The notes under the pieces are model-generated. The model saw nothing but the letters and a program-made list of their open reading frames with translations, was not told the DNA's origin and ran no database searches. Source: a virus. From it: a DNA stretch of 64,000 nt. The stretch is taken from positions 6,438 through 70,437 of IMG/VR virus record IMGVR_UViG_3300025133_000085, one strand, 5' to 3'. This document shows positions 15,204 to 25,864 of the stretch, one piece after another. The first letter of the stretch is position 1. Every line of letters starts with the position of its first letter. The translations under genes were made by a program, and so were the position numbers.

Positions 15204-16318
15204 TAGAAGTTCCTCGCTCCTACCACGCTAACATTGGGATATTTCTCGGCCATCTTATCTTTTAGGTGACCGACTTCCTTTCGCATCATCTTACCAAAGT
15301 GAATCGTAACCCCGGGCTTGGCGTGTCGATTGAAAAACTCATCTACCAGTTGGCTCGCGTATCCCTTGCCTCGCATATCCCCGCGGGTTTTCAAATAATC
15401 GATGTACCAATAATCATCGCCCGCCGTATGATAATCCAAGAATCCCACGACACAGATGTCAGCAACGCCTGGAATAATCTCGTCGAGTACTTTCTTCTTT
15501 AGCATCCGACCGGTCTTTGACCGTCTGCGCCACCTTTCAATTTCTGCGAAATATGTGTCATGCTTACGTGCTGGTTCGGTTACGTTGCTATCACATAATG
15601 CCAGTCGTTTAATATTACCTGCGCGACTATACTGCAATGGAGAATCGACCTCCCGGAATTCGACGCCCTCGTGGAGAACGCCTCTCACAAATCTACGTAG
15701 GTTTTCTTCCACGTCGCCGAGCTCTCTTGCAAGTTTCATCTGTATTTCCATTTCCTTCTCTGTAGCCCTACCACTCTCACCCCAATCCGGCATATCGGAA
15801 TCAAGGCATGCCTGGGAATCGATTTCGTAATCTGCCCCCTTTTTCAGAAAACTCAATGCCCTGATATGATCCTTGCCGTCGCCTTTTCCCCTAACCGCCT
15901 TCAGGGAAATGCCCGCATCAGAGGCAACCTGACACGCTTGTCGCAAAGGCACGATATTATCGCCATCCGAGTGAACCGCCTTGCTTCCCGCTGGTAGATC
16001 TGGTACGGGCGCGGACGTCCATTTTCTCAGTGATGCTGGGGAGATGTACGTAACCGGAGGCACTTCGTCCGCGATACCAGGCTCGTCGGATAGCATTTGG
16101 TTCAAAACGGCGGCGCCTCTACTAAAAGCAACGAGTTCATTCGGTTCCTCGTCCTCGAGCCACTCGATCGCTGCTTCGATGTCCTCTGGCGTAACGTTTT
16201 CTTTGTCGCTAAACTTCGGTCCTCGTAACCCTATCTTGTCCGGACCGAACTTGTACCCATGAAACGCATGCGTCTCTTCGTTAATAACTTGCCTTACAAA
16301 CTTTCGTAAACCTTTCAT
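15203..16318 (-). CDS. alpha/beta hydrolase-like + GNAT acetyltransferase, each preceded by a family-B motif
   Basis: MKGLRKFVRQVINEE; AFHG, AFSRGA, DNIVP, DH; NLRRFVRGVLHE; MRGKGYASQLV (acetyl-CoA motif A). Confidence 0.7.
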   Translation of the reverse strand: MKGLRKFVRQVINEETHAFHGYKFGPDKIGLRGPKFSDKENVTPEDIEAAIEWLEDEEPNELVAFSRGAAVLNQMLSDEPGIADEVPPVTYISPASLRKWTSAPVPDLPAGSKAVHSDGDNIVPLRQACQVASDAGISLKAVRGKGDGKDHIRALSFLKKGADYEIDSQACLDSDMPDWGESGRATEKEMEIQMKLARELGDVEENLRRFVRGVLHEGVEFREVDSPLQYSRAGNIKRLALCDSNVTEPARKHDTYFAEIERWRRRSKTGRMLKKKVLDEIIPGVADICVVGFLDYHTAGDDYWYIDYLKTRGDMRGKGYASQLVDEFFNRHAKPGVTIHFGKMMRKEVGHLKDKMAEKYPNVSVVGARNF

Positions 16319-16328
16319 CGGTCGTCCC

Positions 16329-17018
16329 CTAAGCGAAACTGTGTCCGGTCCACTTTTCGTAAACCTCTCTGGCTTCATCATCCGAGATTGCGCCGACTTT
16401 TTTATAATTGTCTAGATAATACGTGATGAGCTCCGCCACGGGCACGCCCGAATGATTCGACTCTGCCCGAAAACCGATTACGAATGCGGGTACCTCGCAC
16501 GCGGATATGAAGTAGTCGCGATACGAATCGCTCTCCCTCTCAGGTAAAAAAGGACAGTCAGGTCGCTTAAGGGGTCCCTCCTGCGTGAGATGGTGAATCT
16601 CATGGGCAAGTGTCCCCCTTAACTCGCTGACGATTGCGTTGTAGTGATCGTTTATGTCGACGCCCCTCTCGTACTCGATCCGGATCTCGATGTTCGCGAT
16701 CAAGTCGGTTTCACCCGCGTTACCGGCGACGTTCGTCGGCGCAGACATGTCGTCCTCGGGATAAACCGAAAGATCTATGACAAAGTAATCCGACGAATAT
16801 GAATCGAACTCTTCGGGATCCACCGGATATGGCCAGCGAAAATCAAACTCCGCGTGTCTCTTTTCACCACCACGAGCGTCGAAAATAAAATCGACTAGTT
16901 GCGCTTCTATAGGCAATACCAAGTCCTGGTAAAAGAATTCTTCGTTGGCTAACTCGATGCCTTCTCTAAGTTTTCGTTTAAGCCCATAGATAATTGGTGG
17001 GTATTTTCTTGGTAACAT
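16329..17018 (-). CDS. zincin-like metallopeptidase domain protein
   Basis: LAHEIHH...EVPA; LKRKLRE N-terminal motif; TATTTAT upstream. Confidence 0.6.
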   Translation of the reverse strand: MLPRKYPPIIYGLKRKLREGIELANEEFFYQDLVLPIEAQLVDFIFDARGGEKRHAEFDFRWPYPVDPEEFDSYSSDYFVIDLSVYPEDDMSAPTNVAGNAGETDLIANIEIRIEYERGVDINDHYNAIVSELRGTLAHEIHHLTQEGPLKRPDCPFLPERESDSYRDYFISACEVPAFVIGFRAESNHSGVPVAELITYYLDNYKKVGAISDDEAREVYEKWTGHSFA

Positions 17019-17062
17019 ACTAGTCCTCGAAGATAAATATTACTATAAAGACGGAGAAACAA

Positions 17063-17485
17063 ATGGGAATTCATTGGGCCGAACCTGGATGGAAGGCTGT
17101 GGGAGAATATCAGGTTTCTGGGATCCCTTACGTTACGTCGAGCGTTCTTGCGGATCAAGAAACTCGAGCTATCGAATTTCCTCGAGTTACTCGTTTCATC
17201 ATTGTTAGAAACGCAAATACCGGTACGTCGCTAAATTCCGCGATCGCGGTTGGTTTTACCGAAAACGGCGTAAAGGCCAATCCCGTGTCGCAAACGAACT
17301 ATCTTACGCTTAACGGTGGGGAAAGTTTGTCGGCGGATCTTAGGATCAAAAGTCTGTTTCTAAGCAACAGCCTAGGCTCTGACAATTCTCTGGCCGAGTT
17401 CGAGGTACTCGCCGGACTAACCGACATCAGTCGAGAAAAGGTGTTCCCAATCACGGGCTCAAGTGGTTACCAGGGCGTGGGCTAA
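17063..17485 (+). CDS. probable virion structural protein (beta-rich)
   Basis: GGAG RBS; beta-sandwich-like composition; coupled to the LamG gene. Confidence 0.55.
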   Translation: MGIHWAEPGWKAVGEYQVSGIPYVTSSVLADQETRAIEFPRVTRFIIVRNANTGTSLNSAIAVGFTENGVKANPVSQTNYLTLNGGESLSADLRIKSLFLSNSLGSDNSLAEFEVLAGLTDISREKVFPITGSSGYQGVG

Positions 17486-18321
17486 TGAACGGTATAGGTA
17501 GCGCTTCCCTAGGCATCGGTTCGAATGGCTGGAGCACGCTAGCAGGAAACGTGGGTAGCCCCAGTTTCGACTCGCCTGTAGCGAAGTCACGTGGCAGAAG
17601 CGGGGCACGCATACCGATGGCAGGGTTTAAGCTATGGGTAATGGGAACCGCGAACAACGGAGCGAGGACGTATACTGGAAACGTGACGGATGTTATCCAG
17701 TGGCGAGACTTCAGTGGTGAAGGTAACCACTTAAAACAGTTATCGGCGTCGAAACGACCTAGCATAACCGCAAGCGCGCAAAATGGAAAGGCTGCGTTGA
17801 CTTTCGACGGTAGCAACGATTATCTCGTGGGAAGTTCTACAACGGCATTCGACTTCGGAAACAACGAATACGACGTTTACATGGTCGTGGACATCCCAAA
17901 CTCGGGTAACAAGGTTATCCTATCAACTACGTCTGCGATCAGTTCCTCCGCGCCGGGCATTGCTGTAATGTATATGAACAAAAAAATTAGGGGACTATTA
18001 CAGACAGGATCAAAACAGAGAGTCGCGACCACAGCCAACAACTACAATGGTAAAGGATACGTTTACGTTCGAACGTACAGAGGTGGCCCGCAGCTCAAAC
18101 TCGAGGTCGATGCTAGCGACGGTACCACCGACACGATCACAACAACATCGGCCACTGGAGACGTCAGCGGCGGTGCGTTTAGCGTAGGCGCGGAGAACGA
18201 CGGAGGGAATGCAGGTGCCATTAACGTGTGTGAGATCCTGGTTTACAACCGACTTCTGGGCACCGGTGACGCTACAATGGTTAAACAATACCTTAGTGAC
18301 AAGTACGGACTTTCGCTCTAG
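17485..18321 (+). CDS. LamG/concanavalin-A-like domain virion protein
   Basis: QWRDFSGEGNH..Q....P......NG...L.FDGSNDYL and EILVYNR.L...YL..KYG. Confidence 0.7.
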   Translation: MNGIGSASLGIGSNGWSTLAGNVGSPSFDSPVAKSRGRSGARIPMAGFKLWVMGTANNGARTYTGNVTDVIQWRDFSGEGNHLKQLSASKRPSITASAQNGKAALTFDGSNDYLVGSSTTAFDFGNNEYDVYMVVDIPNSGNKVILSTTSAISSSAPGIAVMYMNKKIRGLLQTGSKQRVATTANNYNGKGYVYVRTYRGGPQLKLEVDASDGTTDTITTTSATGDVSGGAFSVGAENDGGNAGAINVCEILVYNRLLGTGDATMVKQYLSDKYGLSL

Positions 18322-18351
18322 AGGTTCCGCAACTGCGGAAAGGTTTTATCC

Positions 18352-18876
18352 TCAACCGTGTTCCATTTCGCGGGTGAGATTCTTGTACTCGAGGTACTCG
18401 GCCACGTTACCTAGCATTTGTTGCGCCTGGGCGATGTGAGACTGGCTCCAGGCAGGGATGTCATCGTCGTCACTCAACGAGTCATAGAGACCCTGCGCCG
18501 TCTGGGCGATCGTGTAAAGCTGTTGGCGCGCCATCGTTGCAGCACCGGCGCCGTGACAGTCATAGTCGCCAACATCATCAGTGAAAGAAAACTCTCCTTC
18601 GATGTCGAGGACCGGTAGGTCCAGCATGGTGTCCAACTCCTCTTTCAACAGGGCCTCAAGCTTCGCCTTTCCCTCGGCGAAAGGGTACGTCACGTCTTGC
18701 GACTTATTACGTTGTGCCTCCCCTTGAACGAGACGCCTAAGCGCCTCGATTTCCGGAAAGCTTAAACCCAAATCGATCAGATCGAGCACAGTGGCTTGTG
18801 TAAGAGCTTCTACGTGTTTCGGTGTAAGTTTCGTACCTGCTATCGCTAGGCTCACTGCGTCGTCTAAAACTTTCAT
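18352..18876 (-). CDS. hypothetical phage protein (probable head-associated)
   Basis: MARQQL...IPAWSQSHIAQA...EYLEY domain; TATTTAT upstream. Confidence 0.55.
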   Translation of the reverse strand: MKVLDDAVSLAIAGTKLTPKHVEALTQATVLDLIDLGLSFPEIEALRRLVQGEAQRNKSQDVTYPFAEGKAKLEALLKEELDTMLDLPVLDIEGEFSFTDDVGDYDCHGAGAATMARQQLYTIAQTAQGLYDSLSDDDDIPAWSQSHIAQAQQMLGNVAEYLEYKNLTREMEHG

Positions 18877-18918
18877 TATAGTCCTCGAATCATAAATACC
18901 TACCAGTAAATGCTAGTT

Positions 18919-19143
18919 TCAATCGATCGAGACATTCAGCGCTTCAAGAATATTCTCTAGTTCATCGTCACTACCCCTATAGGTCGACTTAATCTTCGCG
19001 ATCCTTAAAGCTGCCTTGAACGCAGTAACATCCAGTTTGTCCGTATATTCTTCTAGGGTGTCTTTCATCTGTTGCGACAAAAGTTTCTTTTCGTTTTCGA
19101 TCTCACTGACCTTTTGCGCCAGCTCAAGTACAAATTGTTTCAT
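18919..19143 (-). CDS. GapR/DUF2312/T4 DsbA-like DNA-binding protein
   Basis: EIENEKKLL...KD..EE...LDV.AFK.ALRI pattern. Confidence 0.55.
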   Translation of the reverse strand: MKQFVLELAQKVSEIENEKKLLSQQMKDTLEEYTDKLDVTAFKAALRIAKIKSTYRGSDDELENILEALNVSID

Positions 19144-19402
19144 AGGTTTCTCCTGTTTGTGTAACGCTGTCGGCCCTAGCTATTAAGTGTTCGTTATTTA
19201 CAAACACAATGTAACGAGGATCCGAAGAATCCATCGAACCGTCCTCAAGCAACAAACACGGTTCGATGTTTTTTAACGTAACGAAGCGATTATCCGTAGC
19301 AGACATATATTGCCCGGGTTTGATAAACCACAGTTCGTTAGATTTATTCGTGTTCTTTTTCTTGTACGACGTCATTAATACTGCCACATGTTTCGCAAGC
19401 AT
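19124..19402 (-). CDS. hypothetical protein
   Basis: ORF in an overlapping chain; start uncertain. Confidence 0.4.
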   Translation of the reverse strand: MLAKHVAVLMTSYKKKNTNKSNELWFIKPGQYMSATDNRFVTLKNIEPCLLLEDGSMDSSDPRYIVFVNNEHLIARADSVTQTGETYETICT

Positions 19403-19583
19403 ACGATTGAATATCCATCGACGCTGAAAAACTTAAAGCGACCTCCTGCATTTCGGTAGCAAACCGTAGAAAATTATCATAGTCCATATCGAGAGTAACA
19501 TCACCGATCGATACGCTAATCTTTCCCGTCACCAGATTTGCCACCGCGTTGTGTGCCAACTGGATTTTCATTTTTGGGTACAC
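19344..19583 (-). CDS. hypothetical protein with C-terminal CxxC
   Basis: YACETCG; overlapping chain. Confidence 0.45.
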   Translation of the reverse strand: MYPKMKIQLAHNAVANLVTGKISVSIGDVTLDMDYDNFLRFATEMQEVALSFSASMDIQSYACETCGSINDVVQEKEHE

Positions 19584-19851
19584 TTTTTCTTTTCCTTGTG
19601 ACGGACTTCGGCGTAATCGAAGTCGACTTGGGTTTTGTGGGCGGTTTGGGTTTACGCTTTGATTTCACCGGTGGCTTCGGTAGCGATGGCTTTGGTAGCA
19701 ATCGATTAAACTCCGCTTCACCAATCGGGTCCACGCCCTTGCCTTCACACCACCCCGCGTAATCGGCGTAGGTCTTAAACGTTCCCCCCTCCAACATCTT
19801 GGAAAGATCGTAACCTCGTCGTTTGGAAAAAAAACTCCATGGAACTTTCAT
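19516..19851 (-). CDS. hypothetical protein with Lys/Pro-rich tail
   Basis: ATGA coupling with the upstream gene. Confidence 0.5.
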   Translation of the reverse strand: MKVPWSFFSKRRGYDLSKMLEGGTFKTYADYAGWCEGKGVDPIGEAEFNRLLPKPSLPKPPVKSKRKPKPPTKPKSTSITPKSVTRKRKSVPKNENPVGTQRGGKSGDGKD

Positions 19852-20123
19852 GCTTCACCCCTCATATTGTTAAGCTCTCCCTCTACTTCTGTTTTCACAA
19901 GCGCGAGAAGATGTCTAATCACTTCGTCATCCCAACTACGGGCGCGCATCGATTTGCGAATATGGTCGACAAGATCCTCTAGTCTCAATCCGCTATACCT
20001 ACCGATCGCTTCGTTTAAATCCTCAAATGCTCTATTCATGAGATCCTCGTCCCACTCGCACGCCTCCAAAACGGCCGTGTGACCGGTTAGACTCCGTAAG
20101 CGTTGCGTTAAAATCGAAAACAT
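19848..20123 (-). CDS. hypothetical helical protein
   Basis: Translationally coupled in the sigma operon. Confidence 0.55.
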   Translation of the reverse strand: MFSILTQRLRSLTGHTAVLEACEWDEDLMNRAFEDLNEAIGRYSGLRLEDLVDHIRKSMRARSWDDEVIRHLLALVKTEVEGELNNMRGEA

Positions 20124-20398
20124 CAGTCATAAATATCGTGTAAGAGAGCAATCATGCTTTCTTGAAACCGAGGATCTTTGGCGACGATCGACGAGTTCGA
20201 ACCAATCTCTACAGAGAATGCGTCGACCAAGGGCTCGGCGATTTTCTCCAGCGCGCGAAGTAACACGTTGCGCGCTGTCGAATGATTCATCTTATCACCC
20301 GCTTCCGTCATCCTTTCGGCGATTTCCCGATATCCCATACCTTCGGGCGCAGAGATCCCGTAACCATGATCGAACGTTTTTCCTGAGGGCATACTCAT
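20123..20398 (-). CDS. sigma region-4.2-like HTH protein
   Basis: GMGYREIAERM...NHSTARNVLLRALEKI resembles sigma 4.2 (TLEE.G...SRERVRQIE..AL.KL); ATGA overlap with the sigma stop. Confidence 0.6.
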   Translation of the reverse strand: MSMPSGKTFDHGYGISAPEGMGYREIAERMTEAGDKMNHSTARNVLLRALEKIAEPLVDAFSVEIGSNSSIVAKDPRFQESMIALLHDIYD

Positions 20399-21120
20399 TT
20401 ATTCTCTCCTTTCAAAAATAGGTCATCACTTTCGGTAGGTCCTAGACCAAAGCGCATGCGTAAAACCGCTTCCTCGCGTGGGCTAAGTCCACGAAGCGCT
20501 TCCCGGACCATCACTTCAATCTTTTCGCTGTCGAGATTCTGACCCGGATCCACAATGGATTCGTCCGGGATAACATCACCCAACTTTCTCGAGCCCTCCA
20601 CGGACCCAACCTGCGCATCGAGCGACACGAAATTGTGGTGCATCGAGCGCATCTTTTTCAAAGCGTTGACGGTTACGTCGAGCGCTTCCGCCAGTTCTTC
20701 GTCGGTAGGCCTAATCCCCAACGCATCCTCGTATTCGTCGGCGTAACGCTTGGCTTTCCACGCCATCAACCGAATGTGACCAGGAATTCGAACGTCCGAC
20801 TTTTGGGTGTTGATGTGCTTAAGCACCGCCTGGCGAATCCACCAACACGCGTAAGTGGAGAACTTGTAACCTCGTCGCCAGTCGAAGCGCTCAACCGCCT
20901 TCATCAAACCCACGTTGGACTCTTGGATTAGATCCTCTAGATCTATACCACGGTTTTGATACTTCTTTGCGATAGAAATTGCTAATCGTAAATTCGCGGA
21001 GATCATCTGATCTCGCGCATACTTATCACCTTTTTCGATGCGCTTTGAAAGCGCAACTTCCTCCTCTTTGGTTAAAAGTTTGTAAGAACCGACATCATCA
21101 AAGTACGCCGATAGACTCAT
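20395..21120 (-). CDS. RNA polymerase sigma-70 family factor lacking region 4.2
   Basis: LLTKEEE, ANLRLAISIAKKY, DLIQE.NVGL.KAVERFD..RGYKFSTYACWWIRQA; ends shortly after LSPREEAVLRMRFGL. Confidence 0.9.
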   Translation of the reverse strand: MSLSAYFDDVGSYKLLTKEEEVALSKRIEKGDKYARDQMISANLRLAISIAKKYQNRGIDLEDLIQESNVGLMKAVERFDWRRGYKFSTYACWWIRQAVLKHINTQKSDVRIPGHIRLMAWKAKRYADEYEDALGIRPTDEELAEALDVTVNALKKMRSMHHNFVSLDAQVGSVEGSRKLGDVIPDESIVDPGQNLDSEKIEVMVREALRGLSPREEAVLRMRFGLGPTESDDLFLKGENK

Positions 21121-21365
21121 ACGACCCCCCTATTTTCCCTTCTGTTTCTGTTTTTGCTTGCTAAGTACTTCGCGTGTGCAGATCGTCGCTGCGCTCGAAT
21201 CTCAATCTCTCGATAAAAGTAACAACACTCCACCTCAAGTTGCATACGCTTATCCCGATTCAAACACCTCCGAATAGCCCGTCGAATATTTCGCATACGA
21301 GCTCGAAGCTCGTCCTCATCCATCTCGATCAATTGATCGCGTAACGCGATCTCGATACCAGACAT
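21117..21365 (-). CDS. basic hypothetical protein
   Basis: GAGGT RBS; first gene of the sigma operon. Confidence 0.55.
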   Translation of the reverse strand: MSGIEIALRDQLIEMDEDELRARMRNIRRAIRRCLNRDKRMQLEVECCYFYREIEIRAQRRSAHAKYLASKNRNRRENRGVV

Positions 21366-21435
21366 CAGTTACCTCATGTACCCTTAGTTAGAAGATAAAC
21401 ACATATGATCGAAAGAACACCCCGACCACAATATT

Positions 21436-21464
21436 ATTATACCACGTCCTGATAAAATTTGCAC
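21436..21464 (-). promoter_or_regulatory. sigma70-type promoter of the sigma operon
   Basis: GTGCAA-17-TATAAT with TG extension. Confidence 0.6.
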
Positions 21465-23275
<1,811 letters not shown>

Positions 23276-24024
23276 ACTTTGGCCATGCGGTTTTGTTTAT
23301 CATCGACCAGAAGCCCAAACCCTCGAACCTCTCGTAAAGATGATCCCACTCGGCGACGCCGGTCGAATGTTCAACATCATTGATATCAAGTTGCTCGAAT
23401 TGAATAAGGCTTCGATTTTGCTCATACTTTTCGTGTCCGCTTTTCTTCTCGAGAAACTCGAGAAGCTTCTTTCGATCTTCAATCATCTTAAGCGCCGTCT
23501 TATTACCGACGCCCTTAAACCCCGCGATGTTATCCGAATTGTCACCAACGAGCGCCTTCCAACCCACATAATCGTCACAGGGTGCATTTCGCATCTTCTT
23601 GGCGATGGGATTGTAAACCTCGCAGCGTCTGTCGGCGTTAATCAATTGAATAAAATCCGTGTCGCTCGACACAACTACTCGACGATCCCAGTCTCCCCGT
23701 AACGCGAAATATCCGATGACGTCGTCGGCTTCACGTTCCGGATGCCGAACAACATCAATGGGTAGATGCCTCAACAAATCCAGAATGACTCGTCGTTGCT
23801 CACCGTAATTGTCAGAGTCGTCGTATGTACGATTCGCCTTGTATCCTTCGTGCATTTCTAATCGACGAACTGGTCGACCCTCAAGAGCAAGCACAATTTT
23901 TTGAGGTTGAAACTTCTCAACCAATGGACGAAGCGATCGAAAAAACGAATACACGATTGACCAATGGCCACCCTTTAGGTTTCGTCGGCTCGCAAACCGA
24001 GCACGTTGCATGAGGTTCGCGCCA

Positions 24025-24384
24025 TCAAGAAGCAGCAGCGTTCGAGTCGTCATCTTCCACCAGGGGTTGAACGTTATGTAAAGCGATGTCCCGACCGAAA
24101 TACTTCTGTTCGAACGAGCGCGCTTTCGTAATCACTTTGTCGACGTATGACATGGCCTCCTGCGTGACGACCTTGCGTGCCTCGTCGAGCGTCACGTAAA
24201 TCTCCTCCTGGTCTGGGTCAATCTCGTAATCTTCGCCAGTCGGTCCCCTCACGATATACGAAATGGCCTTTCCATCGAGGTTCTCCCGAATTAGACGCTC
24301 TGTCACCTTGATAGGGATCAACGCTTTGTTCGACGATCCCCGAGTCGATATACGAATGTATGCGATGTCACCAACGTTCATCAT
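24025..24384 (-). CDS. hypothetical protein
   Basis: 119-aa ORF in chain. Confidence 0.55.
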   Translation of the reverse strand: MMNVGDIAYIRISTRGSSNKALIPIKVTERLIRENLDGKAISYIVRGPTGEDYEIDPDQEEIYVTLDEARKVVTQEAMSYVDKVITKARSFEQKYFGRDIALHNVQPLVEDDDSNAAAS

Positions 24385-24397
24385 CTTCTAGCTCCGT

Positions 24398-24628
24398 CTA
24401 TTTCTTAAATCCGGGTCCTAAAAACCCGTGGGTGTGTCCTGGTCCAGCAAACTTGGGGCTTTTCTTGTATCCCGAATCGAAACCAGAATCGCTAAACCCG
24501 TACACATGTGATAAGCGCTTAGTTCGTTGAAGTCGTGCAATCTCATCACGGGCCCCGGGATCCCGGCGATTCTGGAGCGCCTTCTGGATTTCTTGTTGCA
24601 CTACGCTGCGCAGGTTAAACTTTGACAT
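24398..24628 (-). CDS. hypothetical protein
   Basis: GGAG RBS; LRSVVQQEI is weakly leader-like. Confidence 0.45.
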   Translation of the reverse strand: MSKFNLRSVVQQEIQKALQNRRDPGARDEIARLQRTKRLSHVYGFSDSGFDSGYKKSPKFAGPGHTHGFLGPGFKK

Positions 24629-25401
24629 TCTTCGTCTCCAATTTTTTCAAGATTCACAGTATAACTACCTGATTTTTTGGTCCATGCGCGGATCTTGCTT
24701 TCCAAACGAGCCGTCTTCTTTAAGAAGCGAAGGTTTTCCCGAGCGATCGTCGAACGGGTTTTCTTAGCCTTGTAGGGCGTTTCACTAGCCATTCGGCACT
24801 GCAATTCTGCAATTCGCTTTAAACGTTGCGTATCGGTAGCGCCAAGCTCGAGCTGGTATCTACGAATGTATGCTTCTTTGCGGTCCTCTACGGATCCGAC
24901 CAAAACATTACACTTCTTCATTCCGCAATGTTTCTTCATACGAACGCGACCGCGGGCGCCTGGAGATTCCTCGTGAAAATCATCGCGATTAAGGTTGGAA
25001 AAATGTAAGACCGCAAACGATTCAAACATCTTATCGGCAACCACGTATAAAAAATCCAAGCCATCCGGCTTTCCCTCGAAAGACATGGAGTCCGTCTGAA
25101 AGGAGATCGCACCCGACGATTGGTACCTTGTCGTAAGCTTGCACTCCAATTCTTTTTCAAGTTCTGGAATTATAATATCCGGTTCTCCTGTGTGACCGTC
25201 GTTTCTCGTTTCGGGGAAATCGCTTTGCAAAGCGCCCGCGAAAAACTTCTCTTGGGCCCCCGATAACAAAATGTTACGTCGACCTAGATCGGCTTCTAGG
25301 TTCATATCGAAATTCGAAAACAAAAGCCTAAGCCTATTGTTAAACCGCTTCATATTACGTAAAGCCTGTAGGGATTGTTCGCGGGACAAATACACGTTCA
25401 C
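24601..25401 (-). CDS. putative PD-(D/E)xK nuclease
   Basis: QE...GEPDIIIPELEKELECKLT; AGGAGGT RBS. Confidence 0.55.
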   Translation of the reverse strand: MNVYLSREQSLQALRNMKRFNNRLRLLFSNFDMNLEADLGRRNILLSGAQEKFFAGALQSDFPETRNDGHTGEPDIIIPELEKELECKLTTRYQSSGAISFQTDSMSFEGKPDGLDFLYVVADKMFESFAVLHFSNLNRDDFHEESPGARGRVRMKKHCGMKKCNVLVGSVEDRKEAYIRRYQLELGATDTQRLKRIAELQCRMASETPYKAKKTRSTIARENLRFLKKTARLESKIRAWTKKSGSYTVNLEKIGDEECQSLTCAA

Positions 25402-25423
25402 CTCCTATAACCGACATATGAAT

Positions 25424-25452
25424 ATTATATCGTTGTTTACGAAGGTGTACAA
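25424..25452 (-). promoter_or_regulatory. sigma70-type promoter
   Basis: TTGTAC-17-TATAAT. Confidence 0.6.
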
Positions 25453-25465
25453 ACGTGACGTCCCG

Positions 25466-25813
25466 CTAAGTATCGGACAGGTTTTTGCGAACGTTGTCGG
25501 TAATCTTTTGACCCTTGATTGCGGCATTCTGTAGCGACTCAAGTCCCAATGTAAAACGAACGTTATCGTACTCCATAGGCGACATTCGCTCCTTCAAAAT
25601 AGCCATATCGCAATATTGGTGTAGCGTCATCTCCGTGATGGGTATCTCTTCACCTTCTGGTCCGGGTTCAAACGTACCAGTCTCTCGACTTTCGAACACG
25701 TAAACGAGTTCTGGCATCTGGTGCCCTTCGGGTACAGGAACGAAAGGAAGACTAGCTGTTACACCGTCCTCGGCCTCTTCATAACAAAATTCTGGAATCC
25801 ACTGTTGCGACAT
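25466..25813 (-). CDS. hypothetical acidic protein
   Basis: GAGGT RBS before MSQQWIPEF. Confidence 0.55.
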   Translation of the reverse strand: MSQQWIPEFCYEEAEDGVTASLPFVPVPEGHQMPELVYVFESRETGTFEPGPEGEEIPITEMTLHQYCDMAILKERMSPMEYDNVRFTLGLESLQNAAIKGQKITDNVRKNLSDT

Positions 25814-25864
25814 TATTACCTCTTCGTTGCATATAAACACTATACACAAAACGAGAAGTGTTAA

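Noticed and set aside
2966-17018. Integron or diversity-generating retroelement behind the arrays
   Set aside because: No integrase, reverse transcriptase, attC-like palindromes or adenine-specific TR/VR pair was seen in the window.
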